Shown in pieces: positions 40,801 through 54,854 of a stretch of DNA of 64,000 bases. The notes beneath the pieces were generated by a model, which was given only the letters and a program-made list of their open reading frames with translations, searched no databases and had not been told where the DNA came from. Origin of the DNA: Gnetum montanum (taxonomy: Eukaryota > Plantae > Gnetophyta); NCBI GenBank assembly GCA_015680685.1, contig MNCI01000273.1, positions 462,851 to 526,850 of the forward strand. Reading direction: 5' to 3'. How positions within the stretch are numbered: the first letter of the stretch is position 1; every line of letters begins with the position of its first letter. The position numbers were made by a program, and so were the translations under genes.

Positions 40801-42648
40801 ATAACCTGAGCATCTTTTCCTTTGATGAAGGTGACAACCACTGATAGATCAACATGAGATATTATAAATATGTATAAGAATAAATAATATCATCATCATC
40901 ATCCTAGCCTTGTCATAGCTATAAGGATAATTAATATACATATGAAAAATACAATTTATTAGAGAAGTATAATGAACTAATTTGCTAATTTATTTCATGT
41001 TTTAAAACATTGAACTAATTAATCATAGTACCTAAACACATCTTTGAATCTAGTAAATTGAGAGCTCTCCATGAGGTTTCAACCTTCCTTTTTTGCAAGA
41101 TGATATAGGTGAAAATAATCTTTGATAAACTACTGCATATTTCTAAAAGATAATTTTGAAAACCATCTAATTGAAGATTTATTATCCTTGTTGAATTTGA
41201 TTAAGTCCTTGAACATATAGAGTAGTTTAGCATGATTGATACTAATCACATCATTCTATCCATCATCCACCATAATTTCAAGACAAAATTGTAAACACTT
41301 GAAAGATAGATTGAAAAATCTCTAATGCATAGCATGTTGATACAAAAACTAGCCTTTAAAGCTTTTCTCAAGGTAAACATAATAGCCTCATAATTAATAT
41401 CTGGTAAATGAAATGTAGGAAATAGCATTAATCTATAAGCAATAAATTCAATGTATAAAACTATACAGTGTTATCTTAAATTCTAGTGTCACATAGGGTT
41501 TGATTTCCCTTTTGCAAGTCTCAAAATTAAGGGATTGTGAAAGATTTACATCTATTAATGTTCTCCTAATTGATTATATAGTGAAATTGCTTTTGAGGTA
41601 CTTGTTATCTGTAGGTATGTCAAGGAGAAATCCTCATTATTTTGGGTGATGTCCTTTCACTATGAAATCATGTAATTAAACAGAATAATAAATTTTGTAA
41701 CTAACTAATGAAACACTTCATCAAGCAAAGGATAAAGAAACTAGAAATGACATGTAACAACAAATTTACAAAATCTTACTTGATTGTAAGTTAACTACGA
41801 TCATGAGCAAAAGCCAAATCAAATAAATAAGACTAATCCAAAATTACAAAAATAATTGTAAAAATGAAAAATCCAATGGAAATAAATTACTTTAGTTTTA
41901 ACTAAGAGCCCAAAATTTCATGAACTTTAAATTTGCACTATAAATATGTCATAAGTCACAAAGCATATCACACTATAAATAAAATTTTAGTCTACATGAT
42001 GTAAGAAATGTTGTCATCATTTCACAACAATAGGAAATTAAACCTTATTATTACAATCCTCAATGAGAAAGATGGTTGAACTAATTTAGCTCTAATGCCA
42101 TGTTAGGAACTGAGGTCCTTAGGATGAGGATAACAAAGTTCAATTGATAAAATGTTAATATATTGTATAAATATGCAAATAATAATTATGGAAACTTTTA
42201 CAAATCACAATTATGATATATCATATGATACATAAATAAGATAAAAACTTATGTATGCCATTATTGTACCCAGTTATATACTAAGATACTAATGGTTGTA
42301 GAGTCAAATGTTAATATAACAAATATAATATATAAGAATAGAGATAGAGAATGAAATTTTAGGATATAAAATAGAAAACATTAAGATATATCATAGTTAA
42401 TAATCATAAATAATAATTTTTTAGTTTTGGTCTATATACAATGTTATTGTAGTATGTTGAATATGCATATAAAACTATCTAGTGATTTTTCTTTACTATA
42501 TCTAAAAGTAAGGAACCTATATTATCTAACTAGCATATCTCTTGTTAATCAATAGTTCATGCCTTAATTAGTCTCTCTATGTAAAATAAATTTCAACTAT
42601 ATATCTAGATATATGCATAACACAATATAAATACACAAATCTTTAACA
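37868..42648 (-). mobile_element. Internally deleted Ty1/Copia-like LTR retrotransposon
   Basis: LTR pair 37868-38474 and 42101-42648 with perfect TSD AGGAC (37863-37867, 42649-42653). Minus-strand PBS TGGCATTAGAGC (42089-42100, tRNA-iMet type) and PPT TGAGTTTGAGAGGAAG. Coding remnants heavily decayed; superfamily inferred from LTR/PBS/PPT style. Confidence 0.85.
39387..39899 (-). repeat. Solo LTR of the element A family
   Basis: TGATGAG...CTCATCA termini with perfect TSD AGTAG (39382-39386, 39900-39904). Aligns to 3749-4554 with ~0.3 kb missing. Confidence 0.93.
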
Positions 42649-45600
42649 AGGACATAAGTGCTAAGTTTAAGAGCAAGAAACATAGTAAATTATTAGAAAA
42701 ATGGAAGAGAGAAAAGAAAACCCAAGATACAGAACCTAATTTAAGTAACACACCATATTTTTGGTACCCTTGGTATGTATAATCTTTTTAGCATTTGTGA
42801 TGCCTATGCTTGGGTGTGTGATTAATGCATGTTTTTAGTTTAGTATATTTATAGTTTTACATGTGATGCTTTACACTCATGAGATTTGGGATAGATAGGT
42901 GCCTAAATGATATAATGTATCTTTTTATATTCATGTTTTATATATGTGTATATATCTTATTATAATCTAGTAGATGTACACTAATCTTGTTGTTCAGTAT
43001 GGAAGGATCTCATGAGGACTAATTGGGAGCATGGTGTTGCATGTAATTTATGGTTTATTTAATTATTTTCCTAAAGTATATATTATGACCTATTGATGAT
43101 ATGGTGGAATAGTTTCTTGTAAAATATTTAATTTAAATTAGTTTTATTTTATAGTTAGAGGCTTGTTAGTATATTTTTGATATTATGGATTTTATGATAT
43201 TTTCTTAGTTTATTATTTGGGAATCTGTAAAAGTTACGTAAGATTGAGAGGAAGTTATATGTTGGATGGATTGGATTAATGGAAACATTTTCCTATTTTA
43301 GCATTAGTTTTAGTAATTATTTTGTTTTCTCCTATTCTTGGTTTTGCTAAAAGCCATTAAACTTTCATGGTGCTTCCTCTCCACATACCTTGACAATTTA
43401 GGAGAAGTGTTGTTGGAGATTGAAGTTGTGGAAACGCTGGTGGATTATGGATCGCTTGTTCTAATTACTTGGATTTGTTGTTTTTCTCTCCTCTTCCATG
43501 GATTTTCATCATATGATTTTAGGTAAGTAATCTTGCCTCATTTTCCATTTACAATTGCACATTTGTGCACATTTGTGAAATGGGTTTTGTATAACTTATT
43601 TCCATATTTTGTGATGATGTTTGCAAGCTAATGGGAATTGCTTTGAATGCTTAGTATGTTGTTTGATAGATTTTTTTCTATGTAATTAATGATATTATTT
43701 TTTTGATTCCACCAATTTTTGGCATTGGTTTTGCAAGAATATTACCAAAATTTTTGTTGGATGGAATATGTAAATTAATTTCATAGATTTTGTATGTTTA
43801 TGAGAGATCAAGGTATTGTTTTGAGGATGTGATAAGGAATTTTTTTTATTTTAATTTAGTTTATGAATTTTATATAATCATTACATGAATCCATATAATT
43901 TTTTGATCTAATGTTTTTCTTTTTATTTCCTATAACTTCCTTTTATGAAGTTAGGATTTCAATGCATAATAAATTACATTAGGAAAATAGATGTTTCTTA
44001 CAAACATGTTCTTGTCTTTTAAATAAATTTGAGTTAGGATTTAAACTATAGGTTTTATAAATCCTCATAAAAATTTTTAAATTTAAAAATAAAAATAGAC
44101 ATAACATTCATAACATATTTTAAGTTATGAGCTAGTTTTACATATCTATCAGAAATCATAGAAATGTTTATTATGCTATTTTAGGAGGCTATATCTATGG
44201 AATTATAAAAAATAAAAATTTCAAATTTTACATAAATTTTTTATATGTATTAATGTTCATATCCATTAATAATCAATTAAAAATGTTATGTTTTGGAAAA
44301 TTTATAAATTTTTCTCTCTGTACTATCCAAAATTTCAACAATATAGATAGCATAGATTTAAAATTTTGTATCTCCTAGAATGTACTAGATCATTCTCTAA
44401 ACTTTTCGGTGTATATATTAAGATTTTCTATCTTTCAAACCATTTTGGAATTTTTTAAAATGCTATGTCATTGTAGAATTGCAATCCATTCATTGTTGAC
44501 TACATTTTTTGTTTCTATTTTAGCTTGATTCTATAAGTCTAGATTCATTGTTCAATATCTTTGTATGTATGATATATATTTCACTCACTATTATATTTTT
44601 AGGCTATGATCTTATTCTAGACTAAATTTTGAGATGAATAAAGACCTTGATACCCTATGTTAAAATACAGGTTTGATTATGTGTGATCATGGATTAGATA
44701 TGATACCTTGGTATTGTTATGTTACTACCTCTTTTATTACTAGTGCTTAGCTTAGTCACCTTTTGAATTCATTATGTTCCATTTGTAAAATTGGATTTGT
44801 TAGCATGTTGACCTTTGCTTGGGTTTGACTGGTATATCATTTTGCTATTTCAAGAGATGTTAGATTGTTGGATCTCTTTGATGAGATGGATTATTTTGGT
44901 TTTTATGTTACCCTCCATTGTTATTTTGGATGTCATGGTTGTATGTTTATTGGTTATTTGGATGACAAAGCTAACATCAAGTTTGTCTGATTAGTTGGAG
45001 ATGGGCTTCCTGGAGATGGTTTAATGATTGATCCTTAATTTGATGCATCAATGTGGCATTCATGGTATGCCCCATCCTAATCAAGAGGGTTATTCCATGA
45101 CTCTTTATTCCTTTTTATTTGGTTCCTCAAAGACCTTTAAGGTAATGTCTAATGTGATGCCCCTAGCATTAAGGTGCTTAGGGAATGTTGGATGTGATGT
45201 TCCAGGTAAATATTCACATTTCATTTGAGAATATTAATAAATTCAACTCCTTGGTAATTTGATAATTTGTTTGGTTACATGTTAGTTTATCTTTTAGCAA
45301 TACACATGATAACATGACACACATTTAACACTAAGTGTGATGCATGCTAGCCTCCTAGATTGTGGAGATGATTGGAGTGGATTAAATATTACTTTTGGTA
45401 TAGTTGGATTGATGGATGCTTGGCTATTTGTATATATGCTTGGTTCAATATTTTGAGATAACATGTTTTGCAAGCTAGCCATGCTCCTCCTAAATCTCAT
45501 GAGCTTCATCACTTGGTGATCGTACCAAGATTTCTCACTCACTTTTATACTAATAATCCATTTTATTTTTAGGTTTATAAAATTCAAAGGATATGGGATA

Positions 45601-46045
45601 TCTTGTATGGTTCACTATTTTGTTATTAGCTCATTGATGTTATGTTCCAATTTAGGTTTTGGCTATTTATGTATTGGCATTTTGCCATTGTATTAGATAT
45701 TGTTTCTCTTTTTCCTAGTTTATGAATAAATGGATTATGTATGGTTTAGACCTATGTTATCTTGCCATTTATATTTTTCTATGAAGATTCAAATTTATGA
45801 TTTATGTTCTTTTCATTCAAGTAGTTATATATATATATATATATCATGATTTTCTTATTATTAATTTTTTTTTCTTTTTATATTTAGCTTCCTCTAGATT
45901 CTTGGATCATGGCTTCATGCTAGGTTTCTTTGTCTTTTTTTGTTGTGGAATTATTCATTTTCTTGTTTCTTTTCATTATTAATTAGGAGTTTCACATGAC
46001 ATAATGCTTTCCAACATAAGTCTTACAAGGAAGGGTATTACAAAC

Positions 46046-46057
46046 TAGTATCAGAGT
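46046..46057 (+). promoter_or_regulatory. Primer-binding site, tRNA-iMet type
   Basis: TAGTATCAGAGT versus consensus TGGTATCAGAGC. Confidence 0.8.
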
Positions 46058-46091
46058 GTAGGTTTTTGTTGATTTATTCTTTTGTATTGTT

Positions 46092-47705
46092 ATGGCTAGT
46101 GATGGTAGGTGCTAGGACTATATGTGACCATGCTAGAAGGGCAAATGTTAGTTTTAGAAATCTAACATTGACACTTAACCCTATGCTAGATTAAATGTAG
46201 GAGCCATTGATAGATTCTCAACTAGAACCTATCACTCTAGTTCCTACTCCTACACAAGAAAATGTGATCAACCAAAAAGATATCAACTGCTATATATTTT
46301 AGTTCCTTCATTAGTATATAAAGAAGAACTCTAGTTTTTTTCTTTTTTCAATGCAAGATTCTTCTAGGAGTGGTGGTAGTCGTAAATGACTAATGGAAAG
46401 AGAAATCATGAAATAGTTCCATAAGCTAGAATCCCTATCTTACAGGGTGAGGAGGATTCTACCATTGCCATTGAATGGCTTGAGAAGATCCTTAAGATCT
46501 TCAAATTAATGAGCTATACTCCTACGTAGTAAACTCATTTGCAACTCATCAGTTTCATTAGGCTACTAGACATTGGTGGACTTCTCAAGAAAAGGCTTAT
46601 CATTGAGAAGAATATCATTAGAGTAATTTCCTCAATGATTTAAATGCTCATCACATTCCTTCAGAGTTTTTGAAGATGAAGTCTAAGGAGTTCTACCACC
46701 TTTACAAAGGTAATTGAATTGTAACCAAGAATGGTTATAAGTACTCTAAATTAAGCATATATGTGCTACACAAATACGCAAATGATAAGTTCAAAGCTAA
46801 CCATTCATTCATGGTCTATGTGCATCCATTAAGGATCATTTTTTTCTTCTACATCTCTAAACATATGAGGATCCTCAAGTTCATATGCTAGACCTTTAGT
46901 ATAGTTAGTTAGCCAATGTAGTGCTACATGAATGATCTTATAAGATGGACAAGACCTCTTCTACAAAGTCTAGTAGATCTAAGTAGATCTAGAAATCTAA
47001 TTCAAGTGGTAGAAGTAGTAGTAGAGACCTTAGGAGTAGATAGCAGATGTTTTGTGCACCCATCACTTGGTATGCTTATAGGAAAGTTAGTCATGTTTAT
47101 AGAAACTATCCCAACTATCTGAACTATGATCAGCTAGGCCATGACAATTTTAATTATCTAAAGAATTTCATAGGTGAAGGTCATCAATAAGGTGGAAAAT
47201 CTACTAGTGGCTAGGACATATGCATGTGTGTATGTCTTGACTAATTAGCTAGTTGATGTTTAGCCTAACCCCATGCTAGAGGCTTGGTGTATGATCTCTA
47301 ATTCATCAATTTTGATTCTTTTAGACCCTAGTACTAGTTATTCTTTTTATTGTTCCATAAGTAGTTTGACAAGTATATTTGGTGGGTTAGATTCTTGATC
47401 AAGGATTTTTGGTTAGCTCCATTTTTGATGTTCTTGCTTTAGATCAAGTATACAGGATTGTACTATTGATAATTTAGAACACTACTTGGTTTAGTGATCT
47501 CCATATCATGAAACTAGGGAACTATGATGTTATCTGCGATATGGATTGGTTGTCTAACTATTAACACATATTGAATTATTATTGTAAGGTACTTTTCTTG
47601 GTGAAAAATGATGGTGTTCAGAGGATAGTGCATACCTAGCCACATAAGATCAAGTTACATCTTATGTCATGGAGAACTTTTTTCTTCTTATTAAGCAAAG
47701 TTGAT
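46092..47705 (+). pseudogene. Degenerate gag-protease of the Tekay-like element, truncated by the Tat/Ogre-like insertion
   Basis: 'GEEDSTIAIEWLEKILKIF' (~46445), 'ATRHWW' (~46562), two decayed zinc knuckles ~47070-47160, protease 'ILLDPSTSYSF' (~47314) and 'YDVICDMDWL' (~47523). Confidence 0.85.
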
Positions 47706-49584
47706 TGTGACATCTAAAAATTTCAGTGGCTGGAACATCAAGAGGTTCATGGGTGTATAGCCTAACCCTGAATTCGTGTGAGGGCAATGCTAAGTGATAT
47801 GGAAACGAGATGCCCTGAATGGTCTATTCGATCAGATAGGTACTTAAATGGTGTAACAATAACCATTTGTAAATAAATTTTTTAATGAGCTTCATGCTAG
47901 TATCAGGACCTCAAGCAAAAATGTAACGTCATGTAACATGAATATGTGAATATGTATTGACAATAGAATGAAGCATAAAAATAATGCTAAAAATTTGAAA
48001 CAAATGTTGAGAATATAGAACTAGAGTTTGAAGCTGGATAAATGCACCGCCCGAAGATCGAGGTGTGCAACTTTTAATTGAATAATGTTTGAAGCTAGTA
48101 CATAGCGTTAGACAAGTAGAGCGACAGCATAGCGGTGTGGTCATAGTCTCTGAGATGTCATGGACACGATGCTAGCAATTGCAAAGGATGTTGGACCTGC
48201 TGGACTTGCAATTGTCACACTTTGTAGGTGCAAGGAAGATTATGTTATGGTACTTAGCCAAGTGTCAAGCTCGGGTGCTCAAGTGCAGGAGTGATGAAAA
48301 TGCTAAGAATGCTCTAATGCTTGATGATTAAAATGATTTGCTGATCAACCCTTAAAATCCTGATTATTTGGGTATTTATAGGGCTAGGGTTGATGTGAGA
48401 TGTAGACTAGATGCCACGTGACCTAGGTCCCACGTAGCATGGGTGTGGACAAGTCATGCTAAAATGTCAAGCTCTATGTGTTAAGCTCAAAGTGTTACAC
48501 TCTGTAGGATAGGAATGGGAACTCAAAAACTACCAAACTGCGATCACACCACTTGAACTGCATGTCCTGGAGTCTGAGGGACTTCCATGTACCTACAAAC
48601 AATGATAAAAAAATGCAACTTGGAGTCTACACTTTGGAACTACATCTTCTCCTTCTTCCAAGTAGGGGCAAGCATAGGGACAATTTTGGGGATCAATGGG
48701 AGGTGCAAAATTAAAGCAAATTGCTGATCTTGGCCATCAAAAGGACATCAGAGTTGAAATCAAGGTTGATGTTGAGTTCTGGGAGCTTCTAAAGTCATTC
48801 AGAGGCATTTCCCATTTGTCACGCTATTTATGCTACACATCATGATGTAGCATAGTGTGAACACTTTGAAAAATTTTTGCATATTTTGGCGTATCACGCT
48901 ATCTATGCTACATAGTGTAGTAGAGTGTAGCATCAATACTTTGTTAAATTTTGATGAAACTTGCAATGTTTCTCCATGGCATGCTAACAACACTCTAGGG
49001 TGTAGCAAGGTAGGCATCCTTGGAAGTCAAAAAATTACCAAATGCATCTTTCATGTCTAGATAGCTTGATGGATTCTTTTTCAACACTTAGAAAAATCTG
49101 GCCCTGAAACCTATGTCATGTTGGCTACACTGTGCATCATAGCAGAGCATGACAGGACCTAAAGATAGAAACTTTACCAAAATATTTCATCCATCATGTG
49201 CACTTTTGACAACCTCTAGCCTAGTACTTGAGTGGATTGGCAACTGGGACATGTGTCAAGCTGGGCAAGCTGGAGAGCATAGCGAGCTTAATAGTCTAGG
49301 AGATAGAAAATTTGCCAAACTATTTGGTCCATCCCTAGTGATCCTTGATTGCTTCTAGCTTGAAATTTGCGCAAACTGGCCATGGAAGTGTGTGCTATGC
49401 TAGTTGTGTTGGGGAGTGTAGTAGGCACACTTAGAAAATGTTTTGCAAAAAATAGGACTCCTAGTGTGCTACACTATCTATGTTGCACAGCGTGACACCA
49501 GACTTAGAAAAAATGTTCCCAAGTTTTGACACTTAGAAAAATCTACCATTGGAACCACAGAAGCCCAAAATTAGTGGTGTTTCA
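47706..49584 (-). repeat. 3' LTR of the Tat/Ogre-like element
   Basis: TGTGACATCTAAAAATT ... AAAATTAGTGGTGTTTCA imperfect inverted termini. Adjacent GCCCCTCTTTG is a minus-strand PPT. TATA-like site (plus TATTTATAGG) at ~48373. Second LTR not present for confirmation. Confidence 0.7.
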
Positions 49585-51169
49585 TGAGCCCCTCTTTGTT
49601 GGCATCTGGAGGACTAGCCTGAGAGACATCAATAAAGAATACGAAACACCACGATGAACATGACACCAACACTATCTATCAATGTTCACTAGGGAAACGC
49701 TTCGCTTTACTTGAGAGTGCCAAGGTAATGAGGTATAATAGGGAGTAGTTTAGGAGGATGGATCAAGGGACAATGGACGAAAAGGATAACTATAGGATGC
49801 AACACCACAATGGCTTATCACCAAAGCATAATCCCTCACTAGAGTGCTTGTGAGGGAGTCAATATGCAGAGGTGTCCTACCCTTTGGATTTTGACCTCTC
49901 ATCAAAATTCTTATGAGATAATCGATCCAGGGTTGGATCGGTTGCAAAACAACAACTATGTCATTTGACTTGGGCACTTGGCTTTTGTCACTTTCTTCCC
50001 CTTTCTTCTAATTTTTTTTCTTTGTTTCTTTTGCTTTTTTCTTTCTTTTCTTTTTTTTTATGCTTTCTTTCCCTCTTTTTTTTTGTATTGTCAGGAAAAC
50101 TATGCACCAACATTTTCTTGGAGGCAATTGCATCTCATCTATAGGATAGGCATTTCCTCCTCGAGATGAGTTATGTTACATCTATTTGGGGTTTTGACCA
50201 GCCCACAAAGGCTCCCCATGGGACGAATTGCATTACATCCATCATGGGTTCAATGACTAAAAGTAGGAAAGGGTTTGATGTGCATTAGGGAAGCTTGCAA
50301 GGGATGTGGGAGATTGCAAGATCAAGAGGTAGAGGTGAGTTTGGCTAAGGGGATAGTAGGGATGTATACTCTTAAGTAGTTAGGTGAGCTGAAGTGGACA
50401 CATCAGAAAAATGCATTACCTTGCTATCACGATGAAATGCACCCATGAATGACACTGCCTAGGCTTCATCCTACAAACATAACATAGATAAAATAAGAAA
50501 AAACAACCATCATGTGAGATGAGGGTGAAGTCTTGTCTGCCTAGGCATTGTGGGGGCTATGAATGCTATGTCAGTTGCATGCAATGTCCAAACCAGGAAG
50601 GCTAGTGTAGGTGTCAGTGGTGGTAGGCTGGAAAGCTTTAGTAGCCACACTAGAAGTGAGCACTCAACTAGCTAGGAGCAATGGTGATGTAGGTGCTCAA
50701 GATTTCTCACCAAAGGCAAGAGCTAGGAAACCCAACAACATGGCAATGAATTGCGTTGCTGGATGTTCTTCCAAGCTCAGGAAATGGTGAGGGCTAGAGG
50801 ATGGCAGTGTTGAGGCTAGGCCACAATACTACTAGGACTCCATCAAGTGCTGCTGATGGTGAGAGCTATAACCAAAATGATTGGTGGTGGTGGTGGTAGC
50901 TCTAGAAGGTTAGCAAGATGCCAAACAACATCTACAAAAGTTCAACAAGATTCCAAGGACAGTGACATTGAAAATTTCCTAGAGGATTTTCCTTAATGAT
51001 GTGAAATTCATTCTGGAACTACAATGCTTCATCCCATCCTACTAGAAAGGTGTGGGTAGGTGATAGAAGATTGGAAGTATTCTCACTTGCTTTTCCATAG
51101 AACTATGTGTATTGAACTATAGGTGTTGAACTACGAACCTAGTTTTTGGTCTTGGTAGATTGCCTGTTG

Positions 51170-51420
51170 TGCTAGTTCTAAGGTCCTAGTAGATCGTGAT
51201 CCTAGTTTAAGATCTGGGATGATCATGATGTGATAGTTTAAGGTCCTAGAAAACCTCTGTGCTAGCTTAACATCATAGCAGATGGTGGATGGCTAGTTTA
51301 AGGTCATAGCAGATCATGCTATGGCTGCTAGTTTAATGTCATAGCCCAAGGACGTTCTATGCTAGTTTAATGTCATAGTGAATGGTCTATGCTAGTTTCA
51401 CGTCATAGTAGATAGTTCCT
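51170..51420. repeat. Tandem array of ~30-35-bp units with core GCTAGTTTAAGGTCATAG
   Basis: About eight copies immediately downstream of the integrase stop. Confidence 0.9.
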
Positions 51421-51454
51421 TACCTTGCTTATGTCATCAGTGTGATACTGCATG

Positions 51455-54400
51455 TTAGGTGTAATATGGCTTCAGGTACAAGTGGTTAATAGGATTGACA
51501 AACTCATTGCCATCTAAATCAGTGAGCTTGAAGGCTCCATTGTCATACGTCTTAGTGACCAAGAAAGGCTCTTTCCAATTGGCTAAAAATTTATTTATGA
51601 GCTAGCAAATAACCTTGAGGACTAGGTCCCCTTTCTTGATTCGGCGTTAATGCTAATTATCGTAGTGCTTTTGTTGTTGCTTCTCTTGGTACCACTTGAT
51701 TCAATCAAGTGTTTGCATGTGTTCCTCCTCTATAGAGTCGAGGTTGATGGTTCTCAACTCATTTTTTTGAACCTCATCAATGAAGTTTAAGAGGATCATG
51801 CAAAGTGATGGGACCTGCAATTCAAGAGGCAAAACTACTTCAAATCCATACATAAGACTATATGGCGTTTTACCTATCGTAGTTCTGCATGTTGTGTAGT
51901 AGGACCATAGTGCATAGACTAGTTGTTTGTGCCATCATTGCTTGTTATTGTTAAGCATCATCTTTAAAAGGTTGACAATGACCTTATTTGTAGCCTCTGC
52001 TTGACCATTTGCTTGAGGGTAGTATGGTGATGAGAAAGAGTGTTTGATGCCAAGTTTTTTAGAAAAGTCTTTAGTTTCTACACTACTAAATTGTGGCCCA
52101 TTTTCTATGACTATAGTCATGGGGAGACCAAACTGGGTCACTATGTTGTCAGGGATGAATTTGCAAACCTGTTGAGATGTTGTCTTCCTAAAGAAAATAG
52201 CCTCAACCCACTTTGTGAAATACTTAGTTGTAGTAATGATGAAGCTATGTCCTATTAAAGACTTAGGCGTTATAGGCCCTATGATGTCCAACCCCCAATG
52301 TTGGAATGGCCACATGATTTGCATAGTATGTAGTTCAGTAGGTGACACATGCATTAGGTTTTCATGTCGCTAACACATGTCACATGTCCTAACCTTGGAG
52401 ATGCAATCACACTCCATGTAAGGCCAGTAATAGCTTAGACGTCTAACTTTTGCTACCACTACCCTAGGAGCTACTTGACCCCCACATAGTCCTTCATGGA
52501 CTTGGTCAATGATCTTTTGCACTTTAGTGCCACTAACACAAGTTAACAGTATTCCATCATAGGATCTATGACATAAGGCACTGTCACCTACAAGGACGTA
52601 CTACTGTGATCATTTTTGTACTATGTCCTTTTGGGAAGATGTTAATTTTTGTGGGGGCTCTCCCTGTTGGAGGTATGCCTTAATATCATCATACTACTCT
52701 TGGGCATGAGCTGTACTTATGGATACGATGCTTGTTGCATGAGTTATAGGTTTAGTGCAATCCACAATCAAAGCAAGAAAAGTGGAGAACATGTTTGGCA
52801 CTATGCTTAAGGCTAAAGTAGCTAGTGCATTAGCTATGGCATTTTCATTGTGAGGAATATGTTGGACATCTATTCTTGCAAATTGTTTAAGCAAGTGTTT
52901 TGCCAAATCATAGTAAGGTTGCAAATGTCATGCCTTGCAAGCATAAATGTTTGTGACCTAGTTAATAACTAGCTATGAATCACCTTGGACTACTATGTTT
53001 TGAATTCCTAACTCTTGAGCTGCTCAGATGCCTCTAAGGAGACCTTCGTACTCCACCATGTTGTTTGTATAAATAAATGCAAAGTGGTATGTGTAGGGTC
53101 AAATCTCCCTGGAGGGGAATGTGATAATAGTAGTGGCACTACCACCTTGTGTGGTTGAAGCATCATCAAAGTGTAAAATGGCCTCAAAATTTGCAAGTAC
53201 TTGGCTTATACTGCTAACATGCTCATTTGGGAGTTTTGGATCTATTGTTGCTTGATTGTCTATGGGTGAAGCTATGAGTTGTGTGACTATTTCTTGACCT
53301 TTTGTGGATGCCTGTGCTATGTAGTGTAGGTCAAACTCCATGGTTATTGCCTTCTATCCTGCTTTTCTAATACTTTCATATATGTTTTTTGTAACAGCCC
53401 TAAGTACATTGCTCTTGCAGATGACATTAACTTAACTATGAAAAAGGTAGTGTCTCCACTTTTTAAGTGAAAAGACTAAGGCAAGATAGTTTCTCTCCAC
53501 ATCATTATATTTTGCCTTGTGTGCTACTGGTGCATGGCTTACGTAGTAAACAAGAACTTTGGAGCTATCATCTTGCTTTTGACAAAGTAGGGAAGCAATG
53601 GATGTGTCTAAGGTTATAAGGTAGATGTAGAAAGGTTTATCTCTTTATGGAGGATAAACTATTAGAAGTTGAGCCAGCTCCTTTTTCAAGTTATCAAATG
53701 CCTCTTGGCATTGAGTTGTCCACTCAAAGTGGACCCCTTTTTTGAGCAAATGTTGCATTTTCTACAACTTATTAGTCAATCTTGCAATAAACCTACGTAT
53801 GAATTGTATCCAACCTTGTGACTTTTGTAACTCCTTAAGGTTTGCTAGTGGCTCCAAGTTGGTGATAGCCTTGACCTTGTGAGGGTCTACACATATTCTT
53901 GCTTTTGATACCAAAAAGCCTAACATGTGATTGATTTTAATTCCAAAGAAACATTGTTCGGGATTAAGCCTAAGGTCATGTCTATGGAAATGTTTGAGGA
54001 CATGGTCCAAGTCATTCACCTGGTTATGAGCCATTTTGGATTTAACCGCTATGTCATCAATGTAGTCATTGAGTAATTCTAACAAATAGTTGCTAAAGAT
54101 GTATGTCATTGAACATTGATATGTTGCTCCTACATTTTTTAGTCCAAAGGACATCATTATATAACAAAATGTACCCCAAGGGGTCATGAAAGTAGTGGTA
54201 AGCTAGTGCTCTGGGTTGATGAAAATTTGGTTGTACCCTGAGAACCCATCCATGAAAGAAAAAATGGCATGACTGGCTGTAGTATCGACAAGTTGGTCAA
54301 TACTAGGCAATGGAAAATCATCTTTAATGGTTTCCTGGTTTAGGTCTTGGAACTAGCTTTGTAAAGCTTAGTGATCTCATCACAAATGGCCAATGTGACT

Positions 54401-54854
54401 TCAAGCTTGATCTTACAAGTCTTTTGTTTAACTAGTTTAACACGTGGATCTAGGATAATGTTATGTTGTATTATACGTGGGTCTAAGCCTAGCATGTCCT
54501 TGTAGGACCATGCAAACACCTTGACATTGTCACTAAGGACTTTAGAGATGCTTTTTTAGATTTGAGGTTGTAGAAAAGGAACTAAGTTTTAATTTTTTTG
54601 CCTCACCTTTGCAAGTTGTTATAGGGACTTCTCTAAAGGGATCCTCAGTCACATCACCTTCTTTTAAGTTTAAAGCTCAAACTAGATGTTCTGGACAATC
54701 TAGTGACAACTCTAGGAATGATATGTTGGTGTTATAGGTAAGCAGCTTGAAGTCCAAAAATTTTGTGTTTATGTGTCTCATGAGTTTTCCATAAGGTCCA
54801 GTTAAGGCTAAGGGCAAATGAAGACTCTTGTGTGCATTTATTTTTCATGAGATC
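51455..54854 (-). pseudogene. Degenerate pol: RT, RNase H, additional archaeal-type RNase H (aRH), integrase
   Basis: RT 'FAWSYKDMLGLDP', 'FSFMDGFSGYNQI', 'MSFGLKNVGATYQ', 'YIDDI'. aRH 'LHFDDAS...' and 'HIPHNENAIANALA' (52780-53190). INT 'WPFQHWGLDIIGP', 'YFTKWVEA', 'PYYPQANGQAEATNK', ending 'INHLYLKPYYT*' at 51455. Deletion in RT near 54350. Confidence 0.95.

Larger units (their letters stand above)
36685..46042 (+). repeat. Long 5' LTR of a Tekay/Del-like Ty3/Gypsy element (~4.6 kb net, interrupted by a Copia element)
   Basis: Terminal inverted repeat TGTAATATCC ... GGGTATTACA, followed after 3 nt by the PBS TAGTATCAGAGT. Confidence 0.7.

Noticed and set aside
45826-45844. (AT)n microsatellite (another TA-rich run at 58570-58597)
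   Set aside because: Short, ordinary simple repeats inside TEs.
51170-51420. Repeat-spacer pattern reminiscent of a CRISPR array (also 60400-60610 and 9412-9625)
   Set aside because: Spacers are mutually similar, repeats are degenerate, there are no cas genes, and the context is a eukaryotic retrotransposon.
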